Source of the DNA: Bacteroidota bacterium
Lineage (GTDB): Bacteria > Bacteroidota > Bacteroidia > Flavobacteriales_F > PHOS-HE28
Reading direction: 5' to 3'
Length of the DNA stretch: 64,000 nucleotides
Assembly: GCA_018266475.1 (NCBI GenBank)
Contig: JAFEAI010000244.1
Location: forward strand, 8,391 to 72,390
Below the pieces are notes generated by a model, which saw only the letters and a list, made by a program, of their open reading frames with translations, ran no database searches and was not told where the DNA came from. Both the position numbers and the translations under genes were made by a program. Of this stretch, positions 17,454-26,772 are shown one piece after another (positions within the stretch are counted from its first letter, which is position 1; each line of letters starts with the position of its first letter).

Positions 17454-17855
17454 ATGACCACCATCCAAAGCAAGACCGTGGCCATTGCGCGGCAACCTGC
17501 CGACCTGTATGCCTTCCTGCAGGACATGAACAACTTCCGGCAGCTGCTGCCGGAAGACCGCATCAGCGAATGGAAGAGCGACGGAAAGTCCTGCTCCTTC
17601 AAGGTGCAGGGCGCGGCCACCATCGGGCTGCAACTGGACGGCGGCACGCCCGGCAGCCTAGTGAAGATGAAGAGCACCGACCGCGCGCCCTTCCCCTTCA
17701 CCCTGGATGTACACCTGGAGGAAATGGACGGCCGCACGCAGGCCTACCAGCTTTTCCAGGCCGACCTGAACCCCATTCTGAAAATGATGGTGGAGAAACC
17801 GCTGAAAAACCTCTTCGACCACATCGCGGACAAGATGGTGGCGCTGCACGGATGA
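17454..17855 (+). CDS. Small SRPBCC (START/Bet v1-like) family protein.
   Basis: ~134 aa. ATG at 17454; alternative GTG at 17448 overlaps the pyrE stop. Fold call by sequence character only. Confidence 0.45.
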   Translation: MTTIQSKTVAIARQPADLYAFLQDMNNFRQLLPEDRISEWKSDGKSCSFKVQGAATIGLQLDGGTPGSLVKMKSTDRAPFPFTLDVHLEEMDGRTQAYQLFQADLNPILKMMVEKPLKNLFDHIADKMVALHG

Positions 17856-17874
17856 TGCCGACGGCGTGCGGCAT
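17855..17874 (+). terminator. Stem-loop ATGCCG-acggcgtg-CGGCAT immediately after the stop codon; no U tract.
   Basis: Perfect 6-bp inverted repeat read directly. Confidence 0.3.
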
Positions 17875-17910
17875 GCGCAAATGCCAAATCGATCAATGGG
17901 CCGCAGAGCG

Positions 17911-17924
17911 CTGAACGTGTTCAG
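17911..17924. promoter_or_regulatory. Perfect 14-bp palindrome CTGAACgtGTTCAG, 29 bp upstream of the ABC exporter start; candidate dimeric repressor operator.
   Basis: Read directly; 6-2-6 dyad geometry typical of HTH-dimer operators. Confidence 0.35.
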
Positions 17925-17952
17925 GTGATCTTCACGGTCCAGCACCCGCCAG

Positions 17953-19767
17953 ATGGCATCCGGAAGAAAAGCGGAAAACGAGGCCAAGCCGGCCAAGCTC
18001 TCCAAGGCCGCGCTGCGCAAGTTTTTCCGCGTATTCCGCTACATGCGGCAGCAGCGCGGCCTTTTTGCCCTGGGCATGGGCTGCCTGCTGATGACCAGCC
18101 TGCTCAGCGCCGCCTTTCCCTGGCTCATCGGCAAGCTGATCGATGCCAAGGCCACCACCACCTTTTGGCAGGCGCCCTTGTACGACATGGGCAACGTGCA
18201 TTCCATCCTGAAGCTGCTGCTGGTGGTGTTCGCCGCGCAGGCCTTCTTCGGGTTCTGGCGCATCTGGAGCTTCGGCTCGGTGACCGAGAACGCGCTGACG
18301 CATTTGCGCCGCGACACCTACGCGCACGTGCTGCGGTTGCCGATGAGCTTCTTCGCACAGCGCCGCGTGGGCGAGCTCAACAGCCGCATCAGCGCGGACG
18401 TGGCCCTGCTGCAGGACACCTTCACCACCGTGCTGGCCGAGTTCCTGCGGCAGTTCGTGGTGATCACGGTGTGCATTGCCGCACTGGCCTACCTGAGCCC
18501 GCAACTGATGCTCACCATGCTGGCCACACTGCCCGTGGTGATGCTGGTGGCCGTGTTCTTCGGCCGCTTCATCCGCCGCCTCAGCAAGCAGGTGCAGGAC
18601 CGCATCGCCGAAAGCAACGTGATCGTGGACGAAACCCTGCAGGGCATCCAGAGCGTGAAGGCCTTCAGCAACGAAGGCTACGAGACGCACCGCTACGGCA
18701 ACGCCGTGCTCGCCGCGCGCAAGCTGGCACTCACCGCACTGCGCTGGCGCGGCGGCTTCGTCAGCTTCATCATCTTCGGCATGTTCAGCGTGATCGTGTT
18801 CGTGGTGTACCGCGCGGCACTGCTGAAGGATGCCGGGCTGATGACCATGGGCGGCATCACCTCCTTCGTGGCCTTCAGCATCATGATCGGCGCCAGCATC
18901 GCCGGCATTCCCGAGCAGGTGACCTCCCTGCTGAAAGCCGTGGGCGCCACCGAACGCCTGATGGACCTGCACGACGAGGCCGTGGAACCCATCCACCTCG
19001 GCCCCAAGCTGGAGCCGCTGGACCTGCGCGGCAGGATCGAATTCCGCGACGTGGAGTTCCACTATGCCTCGCGCCCCGACCTCACCGTGCTGCACCACGT
19101 GGCATTCACTGCGGAACCGGGCCAGCGCATCGCCCTGGTGGGGCCCAGCGGCGCGGGCAAGAGCACCATTGCCTCATTGGTGCTGCGCTTTTACGACCCC
19201 GTGGGCGGCACCGTGCTGATCGATGGCAAGGATGCCCGCGACTACCCGCTCACGGCCTTGCGCGACCGCATGGCCATCGTGCCGCAGGAGGTGCTGCTGT
19301 TCGGCGGCTCCATCCAGGAGAACATCGCCTACGGCAAGCCCGATGCCACCCTGCAACAGATCGAGGAGGCCGCCCGCAAGGCCAATGCGCATGAGTTCAT
19401 CGCCCGCTTCCCGCAAGGGTACGGCACCGTGGTGGGCGAGCGCGGCGTGCAGCTCAGCGGCGGCCAGCGCCAACGCATCGCCATTGCACGGGCCGTGCTG
19501 AAAAACCCCGCCATCCTGATCCTGGACGAAGCCACCAGCGCGCTGGACAGCGAAAGCGAGCGCCTGGTGCAGGAAGCACTGGACCAGCTGATGAAGGGCC
19601 GCACCAGCATTGTGATCGCACACCGCCTGAGCACCATCCGCAACGCCGACCGCATTCTGGTGCTGGACAAGGGCACCGTGGTGGAAAGCGGCACCCACGA
19701 CGAGCTGATCGCGGACGCCCATGGGCTGTACCACAGCCTGAGCAGCCTGCAGTTGGAGCGCGCGTGA
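17953..19767 (+). CDS. ABC transporter, fused permease/ATP-binding protein (MsbA/lipid-exporter type).
   Basis: Six-TM N-terminal half. Walker A GPSGAGKSTI, signature LSGGQRQRIAIARAVL, Walker B ILILDEATSALD. Confidence 0.85.
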   Translation: MASGRKAENEAKPAKLSKAALRKFFRVFRYMRQQRGLFALGMGCLLMTSLLSAAFPWLIGKLIDAKATTTFWQAPLYDMGNVHSILKLLLVVFAAQAFFGFWRIWSFGSVTENALTHLRRDTYAHVLRLPMSFFAQRRVGELNSRISADVALLQDTFTTVLAEFLRQFVVITVCIAALAYLSPQLMLTMLATLPVVMLVAVFFGRFIRRLSKQVQDRIAESNVIVDETLQGIQSVKAFSNEGYETHRYGNAVLAARKLALTALRWRGGFVSFIIFGMFSVIVFVVYRAALLKDAGLMTMGGITSFVAFSIMIGASIAGIPEQVTSLLKAVGATERLMDLHDEAVEPIHLGPKLEPLDLRGRIEFRDVEFHYASRPDLTVLHHVAFTAEPGQRIALVGPSGAGKSTIASLVLRFYDPVGGTVLIDGKDARDYPLTALRDRMAIVPQEVLLFGGSIQENIAYGKPDATLQQIEEAARKANAHEFIARFPQGYGTVVGERGVQLSGGQRQRIAIARAVLKNPAILILDEATSALDSESERLVQEALDQLMKGRTSIVIAHRLSTIRNADRILVLDKGTVVESGTHDELIADAHGLYHSLSSLQLERA

Positions 19768-19846
19768 ACAGGGGTGCTGCGCCATCGGGGGGCAGGGCAG
19801 ACGCATCAAAAACCAAGCGATCAAAACATCGGCGTGAAAATCAAGG

Positions 19847-19955
19847 ATTTGAAGTTGGCCCTTCGGCTCCGCTCAGGGCAGTTCATGTTTATCATCCAGT
19901 CACTAACGAAACATTGCCCTGCGAAGCCGCTCCTCGGCCTCGCCCGAAGGGCCAA
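19847..19955. repeat. Intergenic inverted-repeat element: outer 10-bp IR GGCCCTTCGG / CCGAAGGGCC, inner CAGGGCA / TGCCCTG, AT-rich 45-nt loop, T6 run 19 nt downstream (19974-19979). Contains the 23-mer also found in the NRPS CDS.
   Basis: Direct reading of both arms. Lies in the 340-bp gap between the ABC exporter and the next gene. Confidence 0.45.
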
Positions 19956-20108
19956 CCAAGTACAGCATCGTGTTTTTTCAAGCATGGTGGGCATTCCTGT
20001 CCGTGATGCTATACTGGCTTGGCCAATTTGATGCGTTTGCCCTGCATCCGAGGTACAACCAATCGGCAAGTCGGCTTATGTTTAGGACCTTCCCCCAGCA
20101 CCGTATCC

Positions 20109-20651
20109 ATGAGGTCCTTGTTCCTTCCTGCCGCCCTCTCCATGCTGGTATCGTCCTTCACGTGCCAGGCACAGAACACGCCAACTTCCCAGGCGCATGG
20201 CTCTGACCTGTACGTCTATGGAACGGTAAAAACCTATGAAGAGCGCGATTCATTGCCCGGCGCTTCCATAGCAGTGTGCATTCCTGGCACAGATGGCAAC
20301 CTTGTGGTGATGAACACCAATCATCGCGGCCGGTACGCGATCGAGCTCAACAGGGACCATGTCTACCGCTTGTCCTTTTCGGCACCCGGGCGCGTGGGAA
20401 AATCCGTACTGATCGACGCGACCAACATCCCTGATTCCATTTGGGGCGAAGGATTTGCCATGAGCATCGATATCACCCTGTTCAAGGAAGACCCACGCAT
20501 TGATTTTTCAATCCTGAAGGAGGACATCGGCCGCGCACGCTACGATGCCGCGCAGGGTATGATCGCCTGGGACCTGGCATATACCGAACGGATCCGGCAG
20601 CAATTCGCGGAGTTGATGGACCGCTACAATGCCTCCCGCGGCGACAGGTGA
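20109..20651 (+). CDS. Secreted protein with carboxypeptidase-regulatory-like (CarbopepD_reg-type) beta-sandwich region.
   Basis: Signal peptide MRSLFLPAALSMLVSSFTCQAQ. VYGTVKTYEERDSLPGASIAV...NTNHRGRYAIEL pattern. Confidence 0.5.
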   Translation: MRSLFLPAALSMLVSSFTCQAQNTPTSQAHGSDLYVYGTVKTYEERDSLPGASIAVCIPGTDGNLVVMNTNHRGRYAIELNRDHVYRLSFSAPGRVGKSVLIDATNIPDSIWGEGFAMSIDITLFKEDPRIDFSILKEDIGRARYDAAQGMIAWDLAYTERIRQQFAELMDRYNASRGDR

Positions 20652-20658
20652 ACACGGT

Positions 20659-21273
20659 TCAGCATTCCACCTCCACCACCTTCTTGGTGGCAAAGAACTC
20701 CTCGGTGAAAAAGGCGGCCAGTGCATTCACCTGGTAGCGCTGCCGCACGGGCCGCAGCTCATCGGCAAGGTCGCCGCCCTTCAGGTAGAACAGCTTGCCA
20801 TGGCCTTTCGGCACCAGGTGCCCGGCCATGCGCAAAAACTCCGGCAGCGTGGTAACGGCCCGGCTGACCATGTGATCGTACTTCTGCTTGTGGTCTTCGC
20901 TGCGCACCTGCTCCGCCGTGCAGTTCGCGAGGCCCAGCGCACCGGCCACGTTGCGCACGGCGGCGATCTTCTTGCCGATGCTGTCGATGCCGTGGAACTT
21001 GCTATCGGGAAACAGGATGGCCAGCGGCACCAGTGGGAATCCGCCGCCCGTGCCCACGTCCACGATGCGTGAGCCGCGCGGGAATGAGACCACTTTGGCG
21101 ATGCCAAGTGAGTGCAGCACATGCCGCTCGTACAGGTGTTCGATGTCCTTGCGGGAGATGAGGTTCACCCGTTCGTTCTGTTCGCGGTAGAGCGCGCCCA
21201 ACGCGGCAAAGCGCTCAAGCTGTTGCGGCGACAATTCCGGAAAGTACCGGAGGATCAGGTCCACGCCTTCCAT
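20659..21273 (-). CDS. rsmG: 16S rRNA (guanine527-N7)-methyltransferase RsmG (GidB).
   Basis: IVDVGTGGGFPLVPLAILFPDSKFHGIDSIGKK and full-length RsmG-like sequence. Confidence 0.85.
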   Translation of the reverse strand: MEGVDLILRYFPELSPQQLERFAALGALYREQNERVNLISRKDIEHLYERHVLHSLGIAKVVSFPRGSRIVDVGTGGGFPLVPLAILFPDSKFHGIDSIGKKIAAVRNVAGALGLANCTAEQVRSEDHKQKYDHMVSRAVTTLPEFLRMAGHLVPKGHGKLFYLKGGDLADELRPVRQRYQVNALAAFFTEEFFATKKVVEVEC

Positions 21274-21312
21274 GGCAGCAGGTGCGTTCACGCGTGTTGC
21301 CCTGCACGTTGG

Positions 21313-21924
21313 TCAGATGTGGTCCTTGCGCGTGTCCAGCAGGTTCTCCAGGAACTCCCGCGCGCGGAACAGCTGTGCCTTCACGGTGCCCAGCGGCAGG
21401 TTCAGCTCGTCGGCGATCTCCTCGTAGCTGTACTCCTTGTAGTAGCGCAGCTCCACCAGCGTCCTGTACCGGGGCTTGAGCTTGTCCACCACTTCGCGCA
21501 TCACCTCGCTCTTCTGGTCCTTGATCACGGCTTCCGAGGGATCCAATCCGTGGCCCTTGAGCTCGATGTGCATCTCATCGCCATCCTGCATGCCGATGGG
21601 ATTGTCGATGCTGAGCATCTTCTTCTTCTTCTGCTTGCGGATCCAATCGATGCAGTTGTTGGATGCGATCTTGAACAGCCACGTGCTGAAGGCGTAATTG
21701 GGCGTGTACTGGTGCAGCCGATGGAAGGCCTTGCCGAAGGCCTCGATGGTGAGGTCGTCGGCATCGTCCTTGTTGTTGATCATCTTCAGCAGCATGAAGT
21801 AGACCGAATCGCGGTAGCGGGACATCAGCTCGGCGTAGGCCTTCTGGTCCTTCTTGTCCACCGCGCGCCGCACGAGGTTGAGGTCGTACACGGCCTTCTC
21901 GGACAGGTTTTGGTTCACTTCCAT
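21313..21924 (-). CDS. RNA polymerase sigma-70 family factor (ECF-type).
   Basis: Region 2 (DDADDLTIEAFGKAFHRLHQY, FSTWLFKIASNNCIDWIRKQ) and region 4 (YSYEEIADELNLPLGTVKAQLFRAREFLEN). Start ATG giving MEVNQNL. Confidence 0.8.
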   Translation of the reverse strand: MEVNQNLSEKAVYDLNLVRRAVDKKDQKAYAELMSRYRDSVYFMLLKMINNKDDADDLTIEAFGKAFHRLHQYTPNYAFSTWLFKIASNNCIDWIRKQKKKKMLSIDNPIGMQDGDEMHIELKGHGLDPSEAVIKDQKSEVMREVVDKLKPRYRTLVELRYYKEYSYEEIADELNLPLGTVKAQLFRAREFLENLLDTRKDHI

Positions 21925-23018
21925 CGGGAGGGCTTGATGATGAGCGTGCTGAGGTAAATGCAGGGGTCCAAAAATAGGAACAGCCATTCCAGGGGCAGGG
22001 CCAGCCACACGATGCCGCCTGCGCCCAGCCTGCGCATGGCCAGCATGCCGATGGGCAGGAAGAGCAGCAGCTCCAGGGCAAGGCCGATGCACGCGGCCTC
22101 CATGCGCCCGGTGAGGAGCAGGAACACGATGGCCGCCCAGAGCACGATGCGCGCCGCAGGCAGCAACGTAAGCAGCAGCTGGTGGCCGAAGCGGTAGAAG
22201 CGGGCCGTGGTGTAATGCCTGCGCTTGCGGCGGAACCAGGTGCCCAGGTCGGGCGTGGCGCGGGTGGTCATGTAGCTGCGGGGATCGGCCACGGCGGCCG
22301 TGTTGCCCGCACGCGCCACCTCGTTGATGAACAGGTCATCGTCGCCGCTCATCAGCTGCCGGTGCCGGTGCTGGCCCTTGGCCCCGAAAAAGAGGTCGTT
22401 TGTGAATGCCATGTTGCGCCCCACGCCCATGTAGGGGAAGCCGGCCTGCGCGAAGCTGACGTACTGCACCGCCTTGGTGTAGCCGTCGTAGCGTTCCAGC
22501 AGGTTGGTGAGCCCGGGCTTGTGCGCGTAGGGGCTGTGGCCGATCACGATCTGCTTGCCGTTATTGAAGCCTGCGGCCATCAGGCTAAGCCAATCACTGC
22601 CCGCCGGCAGGCAATCGGCATCGGTGACCAGCACGTGGGGATACTTGGCGCTGCGCACGCCCACGCCCAGGGCCAGCTTCTTGCCGTAGCTGAACTTCTC
22701 GTCCGCCTGGATGTTCACCGGCTTCAACCGCGGGTGCAACGGCTTCATCCATTGCAGCACCTCCCAGGTATCGTCCTCGCTGCGGTCGTTCACCACCACC
22801 AGCTCAAACTCGCGGTGGTCCTGCTCCAGCAACAGCGGGATCAACCGTTGCAGCGCGGCGCTCTCATTGCGGGCGCACACCACCACGCTTACCGGCAGCT
22901 CGCGATCGGGCGCGGATTCCTGCTTGCGGAAGGCAAGCCTGCTGAAGATGGCGAAATGGAAGAAGGCCAGCACCAGCAGGGCGGCGGCCATGAGGTAAAT
23001 GACAAGGGAAGCGATCAA
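21915..23018 (-). CDS. Membrane-anchored family-2 glycosyltransferase.
   Basis: PVSVVVCARNESAALQRLIPLLLEQDHREFELVVVNDRSED plus D-x-D region (VLVTDADC) and flanking TM segments. Track start 23018 is TTG; first ATG at 22991. Confidence 0.7.
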   Translation of the reverse strand: MIASLVIYLMAAALLVLAFFHFAIFSRLAFRKQESAPDRELPVSVVVCARNESAALQRLIPLLLEQDHREFELVVVNDRSEDDTWEVLQWMKPLHPRLKPVNIQADEKFSYGKKLALGVGVRSAKYPHVLVTDADCLPAGSDWLSLMAAGFNNGKQIVIGHSPYAHKPGLTNLLERYDGYTKAVQYVSFAQAGFPYMGVGRNMAFTNDLFFGAKGQHRHRQLMSGDDDLFINEVARAGNTAAVADPRSYMTTRATPDLGTWFRRKRRHYTTARFYRFGHQLLLTLLPAARIVLWAAIVFLLLTGRMEAACIGLALELLLFLPIGMLAMRRLGAGGIVWLALPLEWLFLFLDPCIYLSTLIIKPSRWK

Positions 23019-23158
23019 AGCCGGAGCGCCGCAGCGCGGAAATGGTACGGGGCGAAGCTATCCGGAGGCCGGGATCCGGAAGCCGGTGCCTATGGCCAGT
23101 TATGAACAACGCCGGGGTGGATGCCGGGCCGCGCGCGGATGGCGATCTTCGCGCCCCG

Positions 23159-24295
23159 ATGGAATTCAAGCTGCTGACCACCGACCCCAAGAGCAAGGCC
23201 CGCGCAGGCGAGTTGCACACCGCGCACGGCGTGGTACCCACCCCCATCTTCATGCCCGTTGGGACGCTTGGCGGGGTGAAGGCCGTGCATGTGCGTGAAC
23301 TGAAGCAGGACGTGAAGGCCTCCATCATGCTCAGCAACACCTACCACCTGTACCTGCGCCCCGGCACCGAGGTGCTCGAGCACGCCGGCGGGCTCCACAA
23401 GTTCAACGGGTGGAGCGGGCCAATCCTCACCGACAGCGGCGGCTTCCAGGTGCATTCGCTCAGCGACATCCGCAAGATCACCGAGGAAGGCGTGAAGTTC
23501 CAAAGCCATATCGACGGCAGCCGCCACCTCTTTACCCCCGAAGGCGTGATGGACATCCAGCGCAGCATCGGTGCCGACATCATCATGGCCTTCGACGAGT
23601 GTACGCCCTGGCCATGCCCGGTGGAGTATGCCACGGACAGCATGCACCGCACCCACCGCTGGCTGGACCGCTGCCTGGGCCGATTCAACGCCACGGAGCC
23701 GAAGTACGGATATGCGCAGGCCCTCTTTCCCATCGTGCAGGGCAGCACCTTCCCCGAGCTCCGCAGGCAGAGCGCGGAGTATATCGCGCAGAAAGGCACG
23801 TACGGCAATGCCATCGGCGGCCTGAGCGTGGGCGAACCTGAGGAGGAGATGTACGCCATGGCCGATCTCTGTTGCGACATCCTGCCCAAGGACCGCCCCC
23901 GCTACCTGATGGGCGTGGGCACCCCGTGGAACTTGCTGGAGAACATGGCCGTGGGCGTGGACATGTTCGACTGCGTGATGCCCACACGCAACGGCCGCAA
24001 CGGCATGCTCTTCACCCGGGAAGGCGTGGTTCAGATCAAGAACAAGGTGTGGGCCGACGAACACTCGCCGCTGGACCCGCACGGCACCAGCTTCGTGGAC
24101 AGTGCATACAGCAAGGCCTTCGTGCGCCACCTGTTCGTTACCAACGAGCTGCTCGGCCTGCAGATCGCCAGCCTGCACAACCTCGCTTTCTATGTAGCAC
24201 TGATGACCGAGGCACGCGAGCATATCCTGGAGGGCACATTTTCCGAATGGAAAGCCAAGATGCTGCCGAAGTTGAAGACGCGGATCACCGGGTAG
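23159..24295 (+). CDS. tgt: Queuine tRNA-ribosyltransferase.
   Basis: MEFKLLTTDPKSKARAGELHTAHGVVPTPIFMPVGTLGGVK; zinc-site CxCxxC region (DCVMPTRNGRNG). Confidence 0.9.
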   Translation: MEFKLLTTDPKSKARAGELHTAHGVVPTPIFMPVGTLGGVKAVHVRELKQDVKASIMLSNTYHLYLRPGTEVLEHAGGLHKFNGWSGPILTDSGGFQVHSLSDIRKITEEGVKFQSHIDGSRHLFTPEGVMDIQRSIGADIIMAFDECTPWPCPVEYATDSMHRTHRWLDRCLGRFNATEPKYGYAQALFPIVQGSTFPELRRQSAEYIAQKGTYGNAIGGLSVGEPEEEMYAMADLCCDILPKDRPRYLMGVGTPWNLLENMAVGVDMFDCVMPTRNGRNGMLFTREGVVQIKNKVWADEHSPLDPHGTSFVDSAYSKAFVRHLFVTNELLGLQIASLHNLAFYVALMTEAREHILEGTFSEWKAKMLPKLKTRITG

Positions 24296-24460
24296 TTGCG
24301 AGTGTGGGAGTCGGGAGTGCGGGGAGTCGGCAGTCGGGAGCTGGGAGTTGGAAGTCGGCAGTCCGGCAGTCCGGCAGTCTGCAGTCGGCAGTCGGCAGTC
24401 GGCAGTCGGCAGTCGGCAGTCCGGGGAGTCGGCAGTCCGGGAGTCGAACTCACGACTCAA
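24296..24460. repeat. ~18 tandem copies of heptamer GGCAGTC/GGGAGTC (GGNNGTC family), ending in hairpin GAGTCG-aactca-CGACTC (24443-24460).
   Basis: Read directly in the tgt-to-lptF/G intergenic region; produces the artefactual SRQSAVG / PTADCRL repeat ORFs on both strands. Confidence 0.8.
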
Positions 24461-24501
24461 AACTCGGAACGCACGTCCATAAAGAGCGACCTTTGCACCG
24501 C

Positions 24502-25647
24502 ATGCTCAAGACCCTCGACCGGTACATCATCGGGCAGTTCCTGAAGACATTCTTCCTGATCCTTGCGCTGATCATGAGCATCGCCGTGGTGTTCGACATC
24601 AGCGAGAAGACGGAGGATTTCGCCAAGACCTCGGCCAGCCTGCACGAGATCGTGGTGGACTACTACCTCAACTTCATCATTTACTACAGCAACCTGTTCA
24701 GCGGGCTGTTGATCTTCATCGCCGTGCTGCTCTTCACCAGCAAACTTGCCGGGCGCAGCGAAGTGATCGCGGCACTGAGCAGCGGCGTAAGCTTTCCGCG
24801 GTTCGTGCGGCCCTTCTTCATCACCGCCACTATTCTCACCGCACTTTCGCTCTACGTGAACATCTTCCTGCTGCCTTATGCCAACAAGACCAGGCTGGCC
24901 TTTGAGAAGGCGCATATCTGGAGCACCTACAACCTGGAGGAGAAGAACGTGCTGCGCGAGATCGCCCCCGGGGAGATCGTCTATTTCGAGGCGGTGGACA
25001 TGCCGCGGAAGACCGGCTACCGCTTCAGCTTGGAGAAGTGGGAGAACGGCCAGCTGCGCCGCAAGCTGATGAGCGACCGGGCCGTATATGATTCCGTGGC
25101 CGGCCATTGGCAGGTGTTCGATTACATGATCCGCGATATCCCGCCGGAACCCGGCTTCAGGCAACTGGACCAAGGGCTGGACCAGCACGCCATGCCACAA
25201 GGCGAGGTGGTGCAGGAGGAACACCTGGTCCGTGGCACACGGTTGGACACGGTGATCCCGCTGAAGCCTTCCGACCTGGGCCAGCGCTTGGAGGCTGCCG
25301 GGGCACTGGGCCGCACGGAGATCGCCGAGTTCATCCGGGCGGAGAAGGCACGCGGGGGTAGCACCACCGCCTACTACGAGGTGGAGCAGCAGCAGCGCAC
25401 CTCCTACCCCTTCGCCACCTACGTGTTCACGTTGATGGGCGTGGGCATCGCCAGCCGCAAGGTGCGCGGCGGCACCGGCGTACACCTGGTGCTGGGGGTG
25501 CTGCTCTGCCTGCTGTACATCTTCACCATGAAGATGACCACCGTGGCCGCCACCAATTCCGCCTTCAACCCCACGCTTGCCGTGTGGATGCCCAACCTGA
25601 TCTTCGGCCTGATCGGCGTGTGGATCTACTGGAAGGCGCCCAAGTGA
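24502..25647 (+). CDS. LptF/LptG-family (YjgP/YjgQ) LPS export permease.
   Basis: MLKTLDRYIIGQFLKTFFLILALIMSIAVVFDISEKTEDF N-terminus typical of YjgP/YjgQ; six TM segments with a central periplasmic domain. Start is the internal ATG of track ORF 23872..25647. Confidence 0.8.
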   Translation: MLKTLDRYIIGQFLKTFFLILALIMSIAVVFDISEKTEDFAKTSASLHEIVVDYYLNFIIYYSNLFSGLLIFIAVLLFTSKLAGRSEVIAALSSGVSFPRFVRPFFITATILTALSLYVNIFLLPYANKTRLAFEKAHIWSTYNLEEKNVLREIAPGEIVYFEAVDMPRKTGYRFSLEKWENGQLRRKLMSDRAVYDSVAGHWQVFDYMIRDIPPEPGFRQLDQGLDQHAMPQGEVVQEEHLVRGTRLDTVIPLKPSDLGQRLEAAGALGRTEIAEFIRAEKARGGSTTAYYEVEQQQRTSYPFATYVFTLMGVGIASRKVRGGTGVHLVLGVLLCLLYIFTMKMTTVAATNSAFNPTLAVWMPNLIFGLIGVWIYWKAPK

Positions 25648-25854
25648 TACCAACGTGACAAGCAGATCCGTACAACGGACGATCTGCCTGCCTACCGTAG
25701 TGCATGCCGTGCGTACAAGCAAATGGGCGGACATGGGGATGCCTATGTGGCTTCCGGCATTGCCGCCCTGCATGATGAAAGGCCACAGTGCCACCTGCCG
25801 CAGCGCCGCGAAACCGCTATCGGACCAAGTTGCCCGCCACTACGGCATGGGGGC

Positions 25855-26772
25855 CTACCACGCGAACTTTCCGGCGATCGCGCGCAAATCCGCCACAAGG
25901 TTCGCCGGGCGCACGGGTTGCAGGCCCGCCAAGCGCGGATCCCGGGCCACTTCCATGCCCAGCAGGTCCAGGTGCTGGTCCACGAACAGGATCTCCATCC
26001 CCGGATACAGTTCGCGCAGCGCCTCCACCAATTGCAGCACGGACCAAGACTGCTCCACCAGGTCGTAGGTGCCCGCGAGCTCTTGCGGGTTCAACCAGGC
26101 GGCCAGGGCGCCCACCACGCTGTCCACATGGATGAAGGGCCGCTTTTGCTCCCCGCTGCCGCGCACGGTGATGCGGTCCTGGAAGTGCGCCTGGAACACG
26201 AACCGGTTGATCACGGCATCAAACCGCATGCTGCGCCCGTGGCCATATACGTTGCCCGAGCGCAGCACCAGCACCTGCTGGCCGTCCCCCAGGCGCTGCA
26301 TGTGCGCCTCGCCGCGCAACTTGGAATGGCCGTAGGCCGAACGCGGCGAGGGCTTGGTTCCCGAAAGCGCGCTTCCCGCGCCTTGCCCGTACACCGATGC
26401 GCTGCTGAGGTAGGCCACGCGCGCCTTGGGCGCCGCCTCCTCAATGGCGTACACCACTTCGGCGGTGCCCCAGTGGTTCACCTGTTCAAACTGGCTGTGC
26501 CCCGCCTCGGCGAACGGCGTGGTGACCTTCGCCGCCAGGTGGTACACCATGTCGCAACCGGCCAGTTCCTGCAGCAGGCGCCGCGAATCCAGCACATCGC
26601 CTTGCACAAAGCGCACCTTGGCACGCCCCAGCTTAGGCCCGGTGAAGATGCCGGTGTGCCCGCGGTCCAGCAGGTCGTACACCACCAGCTCGCCCACCCG
26701 TTCATCATGCGCAAGGGCTGCACATAGCTCCGCCCCAATGTAGCCGGCACCGCCGGTCACCAGTACTTTCAT
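25855..26772 (-). CDS. NAD-dependent epimerase/dehydratase family protein (SDR).
   Basis: MKVLVTGGAGYIGAEL Rossmann motif; YGHSK catalytic Tyr/Lys pattern. Confidence 0.8.
   Translation of the reverse strand: MKVLVTGGAGYIGAELCAALAHDERVGELVVYDLLDRGHTGIFTGPKLGRAKVRFVQGDVLDSRRLLQELAGCDMVYHLAAKVTTPFAEAGHSQFEQVNHWGTAEVVYAIEEAAPKARVAYLSSASVYGQGAGSALSGTKPSPRSAYGHSKLRGEAHMQRLGDGQQVLVLRSGNVYGHGRSMRFDAVINRFVFQAHFQDRITVRGSGEQKRPFIHVDSVVGALAAWLNPQELAGTYDLVEQSWSVLQLVEALRELYPGMEILFVDQHLDLLGMEVARDPRLAGLQPVRPANLVADLRAIAGKFAW

Noticed and set aside
24296-24544. Repeat-peptide ORFs (SRQSAVGSRQ... / PTADCRLPTADCRL...) and possible CRISPR array at the GGCAGTC tandem region
   Set aside because: Unit length is 7 nt with no spacers, so not CRISPR. 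The ORFs are translation artefacts of a nucleotide tandem repeat in an intergenic region.
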